From NCBI GenBank assembly GCA_965222605.1, contig OZ244960.1:1120001-1184000 (forward strand): a stretch of DNA of 64,000 bases, given 5' to 3'. This stretch comes from Candidatus Latescibacterota bacterium. Its GTDB lineage: Bacteria > Latescibacterota > UBA2968. The translations under genes were made by a program, and so were the position numbers. Positions 28,093 to 37,838 of this stretch are shown piece by piece; the first letter of the stretch is position 1; each line of letters starts with the position of its first letter. The notes under the pieces are model-generated. The model did no database searches. It was given only the letters and a program-made list of their open reading frames with translations, and was not told where the DNA came from.

Positions 28093-28195
28093 AAACACCA
28101 TCTATATTTCCTGCCGATATTTCGGGTCGGCAAACACTGCCGATCCTTTCATTTTTCAATACAGGCCACTTTTCTCACAATGAAAGGAGCAGAAT

Positions 28196-29614
28196 ATGGC
28201 CCAAACGCCACAAGACGTTCTTGCAATAATCGCAGATCAGGGCATTAAAGTTGTCGATATGCGCTTTACCGATTTTCCCGGTCACTGGCAGCATTTTACT
28301 ATTATGGCCTCCGAAATCGAAGAAGAAACCTTTGAAGATGGACTCGGCTTTGACGGATCCAGTATTCGCGGCTGGCAGGCCATCGACGAATCGGACATGC
28401 TCGTCATGCCCGATCCCGCCACGGCGTTTATCGATCCTTTCCTCGAAGAACCCACGCTCGTAATGATTTGTAATATTGCCGATCCCATCACCAAAAGCGG
28501 CTATTCGCGCGACCCGCGTTCGGTCGCCCAAAAAGCCGAAGCCTATTTGCAATCCACGGGCATTGGCGATACGGCATTCTTTGGTCCAGAAGCCGAATTT
28601 TTTGTTTTTGACGACGTGCGCTTCGGCGAAGGGTCAAACCACGCCTTTCACAGCGTGGATTCAATTGAAGGCTACTGGAATTCCGGCAGAGATGAAGGCC
28701 CCAACCTGGGTTACAAACCCCGCCATAAAGAAGGCTACTTCCCCGTGCCCCCCCACGACACGCTGCAAAATATACGCACGGAAATGGTGCTGACAATGGA
28801 AAGCGTTGGCATTGATATTGAAGTTCACCACCACGAAGTGGCAACTGGCGGTCAGGGCGAGATCGACATTAAGTTCTGTCCAATGGTCACATGCGCTGAC
28901 CGAATGGCATGGTATAAATACATTGTAAAAAACGTGGCGCTCAAACACGGTAAAACCGCCACCTTTATGCCCAAACCCCTTTTTGAAGACAATGGCACGG
29001 GCATGCACACGCATCAAAGCCTTTGGAATGGCGATGACCCCCTCTTTGCCGGATCGGGATACGCGGGCCTGAGCGAAATGGCTCTGCACTATATCGGTGG
29101 CATTCTCAAACATGCCGATGCACTGATTGCATTGACCAACCCGACCACCAACTCGTTTAAGCGTCTGGTGCCCGGGTATGAAGCCCCGGTCAATCTGGCC
29201 TATTCGCAGCGCAATCGCAGTGCTGCAGTACGCATCCCAATGTATTCTCAAAGTCCCAAATCCAAGCGCGTCGAATTTCGGTGTCCAGATCCAAGTGCCA
29301 ATCCCTATCTGGCTTTCGCGGCCATGTTGATGGCTGGCCTGGACGGCATACAAAACAAAATTGACCCGGGGGAACCACTCGACAAAAACCTCTACGACCT
29401 CGAACCCGAAGAAGCGGCATCCATTCCGCAGACACCGGGTTCACTGTCCGATGCCCTCGACGCACTGGAAGCAGATCACGACTTCTTGCTCAAGGGAGAT
29501 GTCTTTACCGACGACGTGATCGAAACATGGGTCGAATACAAGCGCGAAAATGAAGTTGACGCCATCAACCAGCGTCCCCATCCACACGAATTCGCTCTTT
29601 ACTACGATGTGTAA
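28196..29614 (+). CDS. glnA: Glutamine synthetase type I (GSI-beta)
   Basis: [43 protein letters not shown] adenylylation site. Confidence 0.98.
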   Translation: MAQTPQDVLAIIADQGIKVVDMRFTDFPGHWQHFTIMASEIEEETFEDGLGFDGSSIRGWQAIDESDMLVMPDPATAFIDPFLEEPTLVMICNIADPITKSGYSRDPRSVAQKAEAYLQSTGIGDTAFFGPEAEFFVFDDVRFGEGSNHAFHSVDSIEGYWNSGRDEGPNLGYKPRHKEGYFPVPPHDTLQNIRTEMVLTMESVGIDIEVHHHEVATGGQGEIDIKFCPMVTCADRMAWYKYIVKNVALKHGKTATFMPKPLFEDNGTGMHTHQSLWNGDDPLFAGSGYAGLSEMALHYIGGILKHADALIALTNPTTNSFKRLVPGYEAPVNLAYSQRNRSAAVRIPMYSQSPKSKRVEFRCPDPSANPYLAFAAMLMAGLDGIQNKIDPGEPLDKNLYDLEPEEAASIPQTPGSLSDALDALEADHDFLLKGDVFTDDVIETWVEYKRENEVDAINQRPHPHEFALYYDV

Positions 29615-29640
29615 TATTTAAGTCGTTTTTAGTGACACAG

Positions 29641-29678
29641 AAAAGCAGGTGGTTGTATTCCGACCACCTGCTTTTTTT
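29641..29678. terminator. Bidirectional intrinsic terminator
   Basis: AAAAGCAGGTGGT...ACCACCTGCTTTTTTT between convergent genes. Confidence 0.85.
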
Positions 29679-29700
29679 ACCTGTCCAGTCCCTGTCTCTC

Positions 29701-30489
29701 TCAATCCCTCAACTTCGTCTTCTCATCCCACCTCACCAGATCCAGATGTTTTTGTGAAAAGCCAACCGCATCCCGAACATCGGCACCGCGCATGTCGGCA
29801 TTGTCAAACTGGGCTTTGTAGAGATCGGTTTTTTGCATGCGGGCGCGCTGGAGATTGGCCTGGCGCAAATCCACTTTGACGAGATCGGCCTCCTGGAGCT
29901 TAGCACTTTGCAGGTTGGCCCCCTTCAAATTGGCATCGGTCAAATCCGATTTTCTGATGTCAGTTGTACGCAAGATGGCATTTTCGAAATCCACTTTGAC
30001 CAATATGGCCTCTGACAAATTGGCCTTGTAAAAATTCGCATTTTTGCATTTGGCCCCGCGCAAATTACACCCCACCAGTTTTGCTTCCTCAAAATTTGCG
30101 TTTTCCATATTTGCACCGCTAAGATCTGCCAATTCCAAATCAGCCGGCGATGCCTGCACGCCTTTCATATTCGCTTTTGTGAGGATCGCATTCTGCAAGA
30201 ACGCCCCGCTCAGATCAGCACCTTCGAGGTTTGCATCGCGCAAATTGGCCTGCAAAAGACGCGCGCGCTGTAAGTTGGCACCCGATAAATTGGCCCCCCG
30301 CAACTGCGCGCCACTGAGAATAGCTTCGCGCATATCGGCATGTTGTAATGCAGCATTTTGCAATTCTGCTCGGTTTAGATTTGCACCGGCCAGATCAGCG
30401 CGCGCTCCCTCTGTCCCATTGGACGCTATCCAGGCCTGATGTCGTGCAAGGATCTCGCGCACCTGTGCAGGTGAAAGAATTATAGGCAT
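29701..30489 (-). CDS. Pentapeptide repeat protein
   Basis: Continuous A(N/D)Lxx repeats after the H..W...G..G..ADL N-terminus. Confidence 0.92.
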   Translation of the reverse strand: MPIILSPAQVREILARHQAWIASNGTEGARADLAGANLNRAELQNAALQHADMREAILSGAQLRGANLSGANLQRARLLQANLRDANLEGADLSGAFLQNAILTKANMKGVQASPADLELADLSGANMENANFEEAKLVGCNLRGAKCKNANFYKANLSEAILVKVDFENAILRTTDIRKSDLTDANLKGANLQSAKLQEADLVKVDLRQANLQRARMQKTDLYKAQFDNADMRGADVRDAVGFSQKHLDLVRWDEKTKLRD

Positions 30490-30505
30490 GTGATTTCTCC
30501 CTTCG

Positions 30506-31063
30506 CTAAATTCTGATGACTTCGTTTTCGGTTATGATCAAATCCATCTTCACATCGTGTGGCTCGGCAGGCACGCGATCTATGATCTGAAAACCATAAG
30601 ATAAACCGATTCGAACTGCTTCAGTCCGTACCAAAAAACGGTCATAATATCCACCACCCGATCCAATCCGATGGCCCAGGCGATCAAAAGCGATGCCGGG
30701 AATGAGGATCAGGTCAATAGTATGAGGTAACAGTACCATTTTGGGATTTGGAACCGGTTCGCGCAAGCCATAATGTACAGGCCGCAGATCGTTCAATCCC
30801 GCAATCGCTTGAAAATCCATGCCTCTATCTGCCCGTGTAACAGGTACTCCCACCTGCTTGCCGCTGCCGATTGCTTTTTGGATCACTGTTCTTGTATCCA
30901 CTTCATTTTTTATCGACACATAACAGGCAATGCACCGTGCAAGTTGGTATGCTGGCATATCGATCAACCGGCGATAAATACGCAAACTCTTCTCGCGAAC
31001 AGCTCGTTCGGGCATTTGGATACGCTCGGCGCGAAGGCGACGTTTCAGATCTGGCTTTGTCAT
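30506..31063 (-). CDS. 5-formyltetrahydrofolate cyclo-ligase
   Basis: EVDT, GLREP, PGIAFD..G.RIGSGGGYYDRFL, EPHD. Confidence 0.93.
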   Translation of the reverse strand: MTKPDLKRRLRAERIQMPERAVREKSLRIYRRLIDMPAYQLARCIACYVSIKNEVDTRTVIQKAIGSGKQVGVPVTRADRGMDFQAIAGLNDLRPVHYGLREPVPNPKMVLLPHTIDLILIPGIAFDRLGHRIGSGGGYYDRFLVRTEAVRIGLSYGFQIIDRVPAEPHDVKMDLIITENEVIRI

Positions 31064-31197
31064 AATAAGTTTCTCGCTTCTCGCTTGACTTTAATAAATT
31101 AAACTGTTAAAATTTCACAACATTTTTAATCATATTTTATCTGCATTTGGGCGGGCAAGTTGAATTTTTCATCGTTAATAATATGGAAGACACACAC

Positions 31198-32022
31198 ATG
31201 AACCACTCTCGCGGTTGTAATCAGCTTCAAGATAGGCTGAAAATGCGAGGCAACCTGCCGTCGCACATAGCAATAATAATGGATGGCAATGGACGGTGGG
31301 CGCAACTGCGAGATTTGCGCCGCACAGATGGGCATCGGTCTGCCCGCGAAACCGTGCGCGATATTGTGCGTGCCTGTGGCGAACTCGAAATAGACATTCT
31401 CACCCTGTTCACCTTTGGTACAGACAATTGGCGCCGGCCCTGGTCAGAAGTGTTATCACTGATGCAATTGTTGCGCGACTGTTCGCACGAAGAACTCAAT
31501 GAGTTGCAAGAAAACAACGTGCGCCTCATTGCAACGGGCGATACGGAACGGCTGGTCAAGCACTCGCGTAAAGCACTTAAAAATGCCATTCGCAAAACAG
31601 CTAACAACACGGGGCTTACGCTTAATCTCGCGTTGAGCTACGACGGTAAAAACGATATTCTTCAAGCCGTGCAAAGCATTGCTGTCGATGTCGCACAGGG
31701 ACGCATTTCAACAGACGCGATTGATGCCGATTTATTTTCCCAACGCCTTTATACAGGTAATTTGCCCGACCCCGATTTGTTAATCCGTACCAGCGGCGAA
31801 GTTCGCTTGAGTAATTTCATGCTCTGGCAGTGTGCTTACACCGAGTTCTGGTTTACAGATGTACTGTGGCCCGATTTTAAGCGCGAGCACCTCTACGAAG
31901 CCATCCACAGTTATCAAAACCGAGAACGTCGGTTTGGCAAAACAGGACTTCAATTGCGCGATGAAACGCTCGCAAGCGAAACCAATGGGTCTTCGGAGGA
32001 CTTGTGGCAAAGTCCAATCTAA
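31198..32022 (+). CDS. uppS: Undecaprenyl diphosphate synthase
   Basis: HIAIIMDGNGRWA, DPDLLIRTSGEVRLSNFMLWQ, LWPDF, RRFG. Confidence 0.95.
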   Translation: MNHSRGCNQLQDRLKMRGNLPSHIAIIMDGNGRWAQLRDLRRTDGHRSARETVRDIVRACGELEIDILTLFTFGTDNWRRPWSEVLSLMQLLRDCSHEELNELQENNVRLIATGDTERLVKHSRKALKNAIRKTANNTGLTLNLALSYDGKNDILQAVQSIAVDVAQGRISTDAIDADLFSQRLYTGNLPDPDLLIRTSGEVRLSNFMLWQCAYTEFWFTDVLWPDFKREHLYEAIHSYQNRERRFGKTGLQLRDETLASETNGSSEDLWQSPI

Positions 32023-32819
32023 TTCAGCGCGTGTTGGCAGCCGCTGTTTTTGGTCCAGTTTTAGTGGTGCTATTCTGGTTGGGTGACTATTGGCTATTTG
32101 TAATGTGGTGTGGTGTGGTCTCTATAGGCACCTGGGAATTTTATCGCCTGCTATCTCAAAAAGGGCTGCAACCCTGGACGGGATTTGGCATTGTTATATC
32201 CCTCTCCTGGTGTGCTGTGGCATTTGTCATTGGGCCAAATGCTTTCGCATTTTTTTTTCTCGTATTATTGCTTTTGATGTTTAGCGTAGCTCTGTTTCGA
32301 GACACCACAGGCTATCGCATGCTCAATGCTGGAGGCACACTTTTAGGTGTGCTTTACGTCGGTTTTTTGGGCAGTTTTGTTCTCATAGTGAGAAACTCAT
32401 TGCCCTTTGGTGCGTCAGAACTTGCTGTTCTCATCTTACTGGGGATTTGGGCCAATGATACGATGGCCTATTTTTTTGGACGGTGGTTTGGTCGATGGCA
32501 CCCCTTTCCCTCCATCAGCGCGGCAAAGACTGAAGCCGGATTCATCGGTGGTCTTCTATCTGCTCTTCTCGTCATAGGACTTGGCGCGCAGGTACTTGAG
32601 TTATTTAATATAACCCAAAGCCTCATACTCGGCCTTCTCATTGGCATTGGGGCATCTTTGGGGGACCTCGTTGAATCCATGATCAAACGCGATATGGACG
32701 TCAAAGATACATCGGACTTGATCCCCGGGCACGGTGGCGTGCTGGATCGCTTTGACAGTGTTTTTTTTGTTTTTCCGCTTGTTTATATTTATTTTCAACT
32801 AATAGCCAGTAGCCAGTAG
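32004..32819 (+). CDS. cdsA: Phosphatidate cytidylyltransferase
   Basis: GDLVESMIKRDMDVKDTSDLIPGHGGVLDRFDS. Confidence 0.95.
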   Translation: MAKSNLIQRVLAAAVFGPVLVVLFWLGDYWLFVMWCGVVSIGTWEFYRLLSQKGLQPWTGFGIVISLSWCAVAFVIGPNAFAFFFLVLLLLMFSVALFRDTTGYRMLNAGGTLLGVLYVGFLGSFVLIVRNSLPFGASELAVLILLGIWANDTMAYFFGRWFGRWHPFPSISAAKTEAGFIGGLLSALLVIGLGAQVLELFNITQSLILGLLIGIGASLGDLVESMIKRDMDVKDTSDLIPGHGGVLDRFDSVFFVFPLVYIYFQLIASSQ

Positions 32820-32864
32820 CCAGTTTCCCATACCAAAAAGTATTACAACTGACAACTGAATTTT

Positions 32865-34019
32865 ATGATAAAACGCGTTGCCCTTCTCGGATCCACAGGC
32901 TCTATCGGTACAAACACACTGCGTGTTCTGAATAGCCTACCCAACCGATTTGAACTGGTGAGTTTATGTGCCGGAAGCAATGCCGAGTTGCTGTGTAAAC
33001 AAGCCGAGCACTGGCGCCCTAAGCGCGTTTGTATTGCCCAGGGGGCAAAAGAGGTGCAGGCGCGTCTTGCCCCACTGGGCATTGAAGTACTCGAAGGCAG
33101 CGCGGGCTTACAGGACCTATCAGTCGATCCCGATGCCGACCTGATAATTAACGGCCTGGCGGCAGGCGTGGGGCTGCGCCCTACGCTATCTGCTGTGCGC
33201 GCGGGCAAAGATGTGGCAATTGCCAACAAAGAGACGCTGGTTGTCGCCGGGCATCTGGTAACTGCCTGGGCCAAACAGACGGGTGCCACATTATTGCCGA
33301 TTGACAGTGAGACAACGCCGCTGTGGCAATCATTACAAGAGACGAATCGAGAAGAGGTCAAACGCATTTTACTGCCCGCCTCGGGCGGTCCCTTTTTTGA
33401 CTATACGCAAAAACAAATGGCGAGTGTTTCACGCGATCAGGCACTCAACCATCCCACCTGGCAGATGGGGCCAAAAATTACGATTGACTCGGCTACATTG
33501 ATGAATAAAGGCTTTGAAGTGATCGAAGCACAATGGTTTCTCGATTTGCCAGTCTCGAAAATTGATGTGATTATTCATCGGCAGTCTATTGTGCATTGTC
33601 TTATCGAATACGTGGATGGCAGCATGATGGCGCACCTGAGTACACCCGATATGCAGTTGCCAATTCAGCAGGCCCTGGTGCATCCCGAAAAGCTGCCCAC
33701 ACAGGTTGAACCCCTGGATCTGACAAAGGTCGGCACATTGAGTTTTTTTCAGCCCGATACAGAGCGATTTCCCTGTCTTCAATTGGCATATCAGGCCGTA
33801 GAACAGGGCGGAACTGCGCCCGCTGTACTCAATGCTGCCAATGAAGTCGCCGTGTATGCTTTTCTCGATGGCCGCATCGGATTTCTCGATATCCCTCGTG
33901 TGATTGCACAAGCTCTTGATGAGCACGAGGCATACGAAGATACCCTCGAGGCGATTTTTGATGCGGACCGCTGGGGACGAGACCGCGCAAATGAGCTGAT
34001 TTGTTCACTTGAATCATAG
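32865..34019 (+). CDS. dxr: 1-deoxy-D-xylulose-5-phosphate reductoisomerase
   Basis: LGSTGSIG, ANKE, ASGGPF, HPTWQMGPKITIDSATLMNKG, NAANE. Confidence 0.95.
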   Translation: MIKRVALLGSTGSIGTNTLRVLNSLPNRFELVSLCAGSNAELLCKQAEHWRPKRVCIAQGAKEVQARLAPLGIEVLEGSAGLQDLSVDPDADLIINGLAAGVGLRPTLSAVRAGKDVAIANKETLVVAGHLVTAWAKQTGATLLPIDSETTPLWQSLQETNREEVKRILLPASGGPFFDYTQKQMASVSRDQALNHPTWQMGPKITIDSATLMNKGFEVIEAQWFLDLPVSKIDVIIHRQSIVHCLIEYVDGSMMAHLSTPDMQLPIQQALVHPEKLPTQVEPLDLTKVGTLSFFQPDTERFPCLQLAYQAVEQGGTAPAVLNAANEVAVYAFLDGRIGFLDIPRVIAQALDEHEAYEDTLEAIFDADRWGRDRANELICSLES

Positions 34020-34021
34020 AA

Positions 34022-35359
34022 ATGAGGTTTCCCGTGATCGTCGATCTTCTCTACTTCTTTTTTGTTTTAGGCGTGCTGGTTTTTGTTCACGAACTTGGGC
34101 ATTTTTTGGTGGCTAAAAAATCGGGCATCAGGGTTGAAGCCTTTTCACTGGGATACCCGCCCAAAGCCGTGGGTGTGCAAATTGGTGAGACCGAATACTG
34201 CCTTTCGTGGTTGCCATTAGGGGGATATGTCAAAGTCGCTGGCATGGCCGATTTCGGTCACGAAGAAGGCAAGGGAAAGCCCTGGGAATTTCAGTCCAAG
34301 CCGCGATGGATTCAGATGGCAGTGATGGTTGCCGGTCCGGCAATGAACTTTTTTTTGGGCTTTTTACTATTGCTCATTCTGCGTATGGCGGCAGGTGAAT
34401 ACGCTTTTTTGGACGATTCACGCGTGGGTGAAGTTAAGACAGACTCGCCCTTCTATACGGCTGGGCTAAGGCCTGGAGACCGCATTTTGACCGTTGGAAA
34501 TACAGCGATAAATGACTGGGAAGAAATGTCAGATGCGTTTCTCCTTCACGCCGGTGACGTCGTGCCCGTTGAAATTGAACGCACACCTGCCTACCAAACA
34601 GACAGGACTGAGCGATTGACGATTTCTGTCGATTTGACCTCCCCCCCTCGCGAAGGCCTGGGACTGGGATATTATATGACCACAGAGGTTGGAGCCGCAA
34701 TGCCCGGAATGCCAGCCGCAGAAATTGACCTGCAACCGGGCGATGTAATTACATCGGTCAATGGTGTCCCGGTGACGATGTGGTGGGAGATGAGCCGCGA
34801 GATTTCTGCGCAACCCGGTGTGGAAATCTCTTTGACCTGGCAGCGCAATGGCGAAGAGATGACGGCGCAGATTATTCCCTCTTCTCAAACTTTTAATGGC
34901 GAAACCGTAGGCCGCATTGGCATTGATTCGGCCTCCAAACGCAACCCCATTCCCTTTTTTAAAGCCGTGCGCCGCAGCGCATCAGAAACCATCATTTTGT
35001 CAACGGCTATTTTTGGATTTGTCAAAGACCTGGTCATAGGACAACAATCCAGCAGTGCTCTGGCCGGACCTGTGGGAATTTTCCAGATGGTGGGACAAAG
35101 TGCTGAGCGCGGTTTTTCCTATCTGCTGTGGTTTATGGCCATGCTCAGCATTAACCTGGGCGTGCTCAACCTGCTGCCCATTCCCATGCTCGACGGCGGC
35201 CATCTCACCATTCTCACGATAGAAGGCATTATTCGCCGAGATTTATCTGCGCGACACAAAGCCTGGCTTCAGCAAGCCGGATTTGCATTTTTGCTCTTCC
35301 TGGTTATTTACGTAACCTTCAACGATATCGGGCGCATTTCCGGATGGTTTGGAAACTAA
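34022..35359 (+). CDS. rseP: RIP metalloprotease RseP (two PDZ domains)
   Basis: HELGH, PLGGYV, AGPAMN, NLLPIPMLDGG. Confidence 0.95.
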   Translation: MRFPVIVDLLYFFFVLGVLVFVHELGHFLVAKKSGIRVEAFSLGYPPKAVGVQIGETEYCLSWLPLGGYVKVAGMADFGHEEGKGKPWEFQSKPRWIQMAVMVAGPAMNFFLGFLLLLILRMAAGEYAFLDDSRVGEVKTDSPFYTAGLRPGDRILTVGNTAINDWEEMSDAFLLHAGDVVPVEIERTPAYQTDRTERLTISVDLTSPPREGLGLGYYMTTEVGAAMPGMPAAEIDLQPGDVITSVNGVPVTMWWEMSREISAQPGVEISLTWQRNGEEMTAQIIPSSQTFNGETVGRIGIDSASKRNPIPFFKAVRRSASETIILSTAIFGFVKDLVIGQQSSSALAGPVGIFQMVGQSAERGFSYLLWFMAMLSINLGVLNLLPIPMLDGGHLTILTIEGIIRRDLSARHKAWLQQAGFAFLLFLVIYVTFNDIGRISGWFGN

Positions 35360-35390
35360 AGCTCCTTAGATATACCAGAGATTGAACGAC

Positions 35391-35424
35391 AAAATCCCCC
35401 GCAAAAAAATGTGGGGGATTTTTT
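35391..35424. terminator. Bidirectional terminator
   Basis: AAAATCCCC...GGGGATTTTTT. Confidence 0.7.
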
Positions 35425-35480
35425 ATTTCCAAACAGCAGCCCACCCAGCCTCCAGTCCCCAGCCTTTCACGTTTTACGTC

Positions 35481-35822
35481 TCACTTCTCACCCTTGTTTC
35501 TAGTCTTTTGAAATGCTTTCATCTCACGCTCTGCGTTCTCGCCAAATCGCTGCTGAATCAGGACAATAAGCGCATCCCATTTTTCAGGATGATCTCGACA
35601 ATCTTTGAGAAATTTCTCAATATCGGCTTGTGTAACACCATGGCGTTTGAACAATTTTTTTCGTTCTACCAGCAGCGAATCGGGCGCGTGTACATAATGG
35701 CGATGAAGTTCCATAGCATCTGAAAATAGCTCGATAAATTTCTTATCCGATAGCTTTGGCGATGAAGCGATCGCGCATCCAACCGCACTGAGCAAAAGGC
35801 ACCAGAGGAGCAGTTTTTTCAT
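35481..35822 (-). CDS. Small hypothetical lipoprotein
   Basis: MKKLLLWCLLLSAVGC lipobox followed by a helical body. Confidence 0.65.
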   Translation of the reverse strand: MKKLLLWCLLLSAVGCAIASSPKLSDKKFIELFSDAMELHRHYVHAPDSLLVERKKLFKRHGVTQADIEKFLKDCRDHPEKWDALIVLIQQRFGENAEREMKAFQKTRNKGEK

Positions 35823-35970
35823 AATAGAGTTCCAGGGGAATCGCACGGCGGCCCTTACGTAACACCTTCAAAATATCCTGTAATAACACGTACATATAAA
35901 TAACTTATTTTTTCTATATAAAACAATTGACTTTTGAAACGCGAATTACTAAGTTAAGCCAAGTGTCATA

Positions 35971-35996
35971 TTGTGGTGGATTGTGGTGGATTGTGA
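35971..35996 (+). promoter_or_regulatory. MraZ operator (GTGG direct repeats, 10-bp period)
   Basis: TTGTGGTGGA TTGTGGTGGA TTGTG upstream of mraZ. Confidence 0.75.
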
Positions 35997-36049
35997 TTTT
36001 TAGCATATCACTTTGTAAAATAATAATTTATCTCCCTCAGGCTTCCCAG

Positions 36050-36496
36050 ATGTCCGATAACCGTCCACAGTTTTATGGGGACTTTGAAAATATCCCTATC
36101 GATACCAAAGGTCGCTTAATCGTTCCCGCAGCGTTTCGGAACGCGCTACCCAATGGCGTTACTTCAATTATCGTCACGCAGTGGTTTGATGGTTGTTTGG
36201 CCGCGTTTGACCCCGATGGATGGCGGCGGCTCATTGATCGACTCCGTAACATGGGATACTCACAAGTCCAGTCAAGACAATTAGTTAGAGCAATGGCAGG
36301 GCGTGCATCTGAGGTAAAACTCGACCGCCAGGGACGTGCATTGATCCCCCGAAAGCGTCTGGATTCGGTCGGTATTACAGATCGCGCAACGCTGACAGGC
36401 GTTGTTGATTGTATTGAAATTTGGGATCCCGATCAGTATAACGAAGCTCAAAATGACGTCGATATGGAAGCCTTAGGAGAAATATTAGGACGGTAA
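36050..36496 (+). CDS. mraZ: Transcriptional regulator MraZ
   Basis: DTKGRLIVP and DRQGRALIP AbrB-like repeats, IEIW. Confidence 0.93.
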   Translation: MSDNRPQFYGDFENIPIDTKGRLIVPAAFRNALPNGVTSIIVTQWFDGCLAAFDPDGWRRLIDRLRNMGYSQVQSRQLVRAMAGRASEVKLDRQGRALIPRKRLDSVGITDRATLTGVVDCIEIWDPDQYNEAQNDVDMEALGEILGR

Positions 36497-36573
36497 AGAA
36501 TATTCCAATATTCAGAATAAATATTCAGAATAAATATTCCAATCATAGATAATCAAATTAAAAACAATAAATT

Positions 36574-37548
36574 ATGCACAAAAAGGCCCCAGAGTATCAC
36601 ATTCCGATCTTGGGGCCAGATGTGTCAAAAAGTCTCATAACCGACCCCAATGGAATTTATGTCGATGCGACTTTGGGCGGAGGTGGACACGCTGAAATTG
36701 TGCTCAAGCATCTGGGACCTGATGGCAAATTGATCGGCATTGACCGCGATCCCAAAGCCATCGAAGTCGCGACAAAACGTCTGACTCCATTCAAAGATCG
36801 GGTTTATACAGTGCAAGCACCGTTTTGGAATCTCCGACACATTTTGGCAGAACAGGACCTTGCGACAATCACGGGCATTTTATTTGATCTGGGTCTCTCA
36901 TCTCACCAGATTGACAATGCCGACCGAGGGTTCAGTTTTCAGCAACGCGGTGCGCTCGATATGCGTATGGGACCCGATGCAAAATGCACGGCCCACGAGG
37001 TGGTCAATTCGTATTCGCAGAAAAATTTGACCCGCATCATCAAAACTTATGGTGAAGAACGCGCTGCTGCCCGCATTGCCCGAGCAATCTGCGAAAACAG
37101 ACCTCTTAATTATACGGACGACCTGGCCGATATAATTGTGCGGCACAGCTATGGGCCTCGAAAACAAAAGACCCTTGCGCGAGTATTTCAGGCACTTCGC
37201 ATTGAAGTGAACGACGAATTGACACACCTTGAAGACGCGCTCCAAACAGCTATTGATCTGCTCAAACCCGGTGGGCGCATTGGCGTTTTGTCTTATCATT
37301 CGCTGGAACACCGCGCTGTCAAACGGGTTTTTGAACTGGGCGTGCGCGATTGTATCGGGCCTGTGGATCTGCCCTTATGTGCCTGTGATCGCTTGCCCGT
37401 ATTGACCTTGCCGAGAAAGCGAGTCATTCGACCAAATCAGGCGGAAATCGCCCAAAATCCACGGGCACGCAGCGCAACACTTCGCTTGGCGCAACGTCTC
37501 GGTGTTTCCGCTCAGCCCTGGTTATGCCATCGAGGACCTCTGTCGTGA
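36574..37548 (+). CDS. rsmH: 16S rRNA m4C1402 methyltransferase
   Basis: DATLGGGGH, DLGLSS, FQALRIEVNDEL, NPRARSA. Confidence 0.96.
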   Translation: MHKKAPEYHIPILGPDVSKSLITDPNGIYVDATLGGGGHAEIVLKHLGPDGKLIGIDRDPKAIEVATKRLTPFKDRVYTVQAPFWNLRHILAEQDLATITGILFDLGLSSHQIDNADRGFSFQQRGALDMRMGPDAKCTAHEVVNSYSQKNLTRIIKTYGEERAAARIARAICENRPLNYTDDLADIIVRHSYGPRKQKTLARVFQALRIEVNDELTHLEDALQTAIDLLKPGGRIGVLSYHSLEHRAVKRVFELGVRDCIGPVDLPLCACDRLPVLTLPRKRVIRPNQAEIAQNPRARSATLRLAQRLGVSAQPWLCHRGPLS

Positions 37549-37838
37549 CTTCGGAACCGCGCCCACCCTGGGGGATTTATCGTTCTGGTTTTTTATCGGT
37601 CATTCTCCTCGTTGCGGGATTGCTGGTTTATATGTCTGGACATGTACAAACCCTGAATCAGGGGCGTGAAATTGATCGGCTGCGAGCAGAAAAAAAAACC
37701 CTTTTGCATCAGCAAGAGCGACTCCTGGCACGCACAGCGAGTTTGAAGCAGAGCAATCGCATTCGCGATATTGCCGTTCGAGAATTGGGGATGGTGTTCC
37801 CAAGTGATCCACCGAAAAATTTATATTTGAGTCGATAA
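37545..37838 (+). CDS. ftsL: Cell division protein FtsL
   Basis: Single TM segment plus coiled coil ending IAVRELGM; lies between rsmH and ftsI. Confidence 0.8.
   Translation: MTSEPRPPWGIYRSGFLSVILLVAGLLVYMSGHVQTLNQGREIDRLRAEKKTLLHQQERLLARTASLKQSNRIRDIAVRELGMVFPSDPPKNLYLSR

Noticed and set aside
29701-30489. Pentapeptide repeat protein as a Qnr/MfpA resistance gene
   Set aside because: Generic A(N/D)Lxx repeats with no Qnr-specific features visible.
31064-31197. 6S RNA, often found upstream of the 5-formyl-THF cyclo-ligase gene
   Set aside because: The spacer is short, AT-rich and looks like a divergent promoter region; no 6S-like rod structure.
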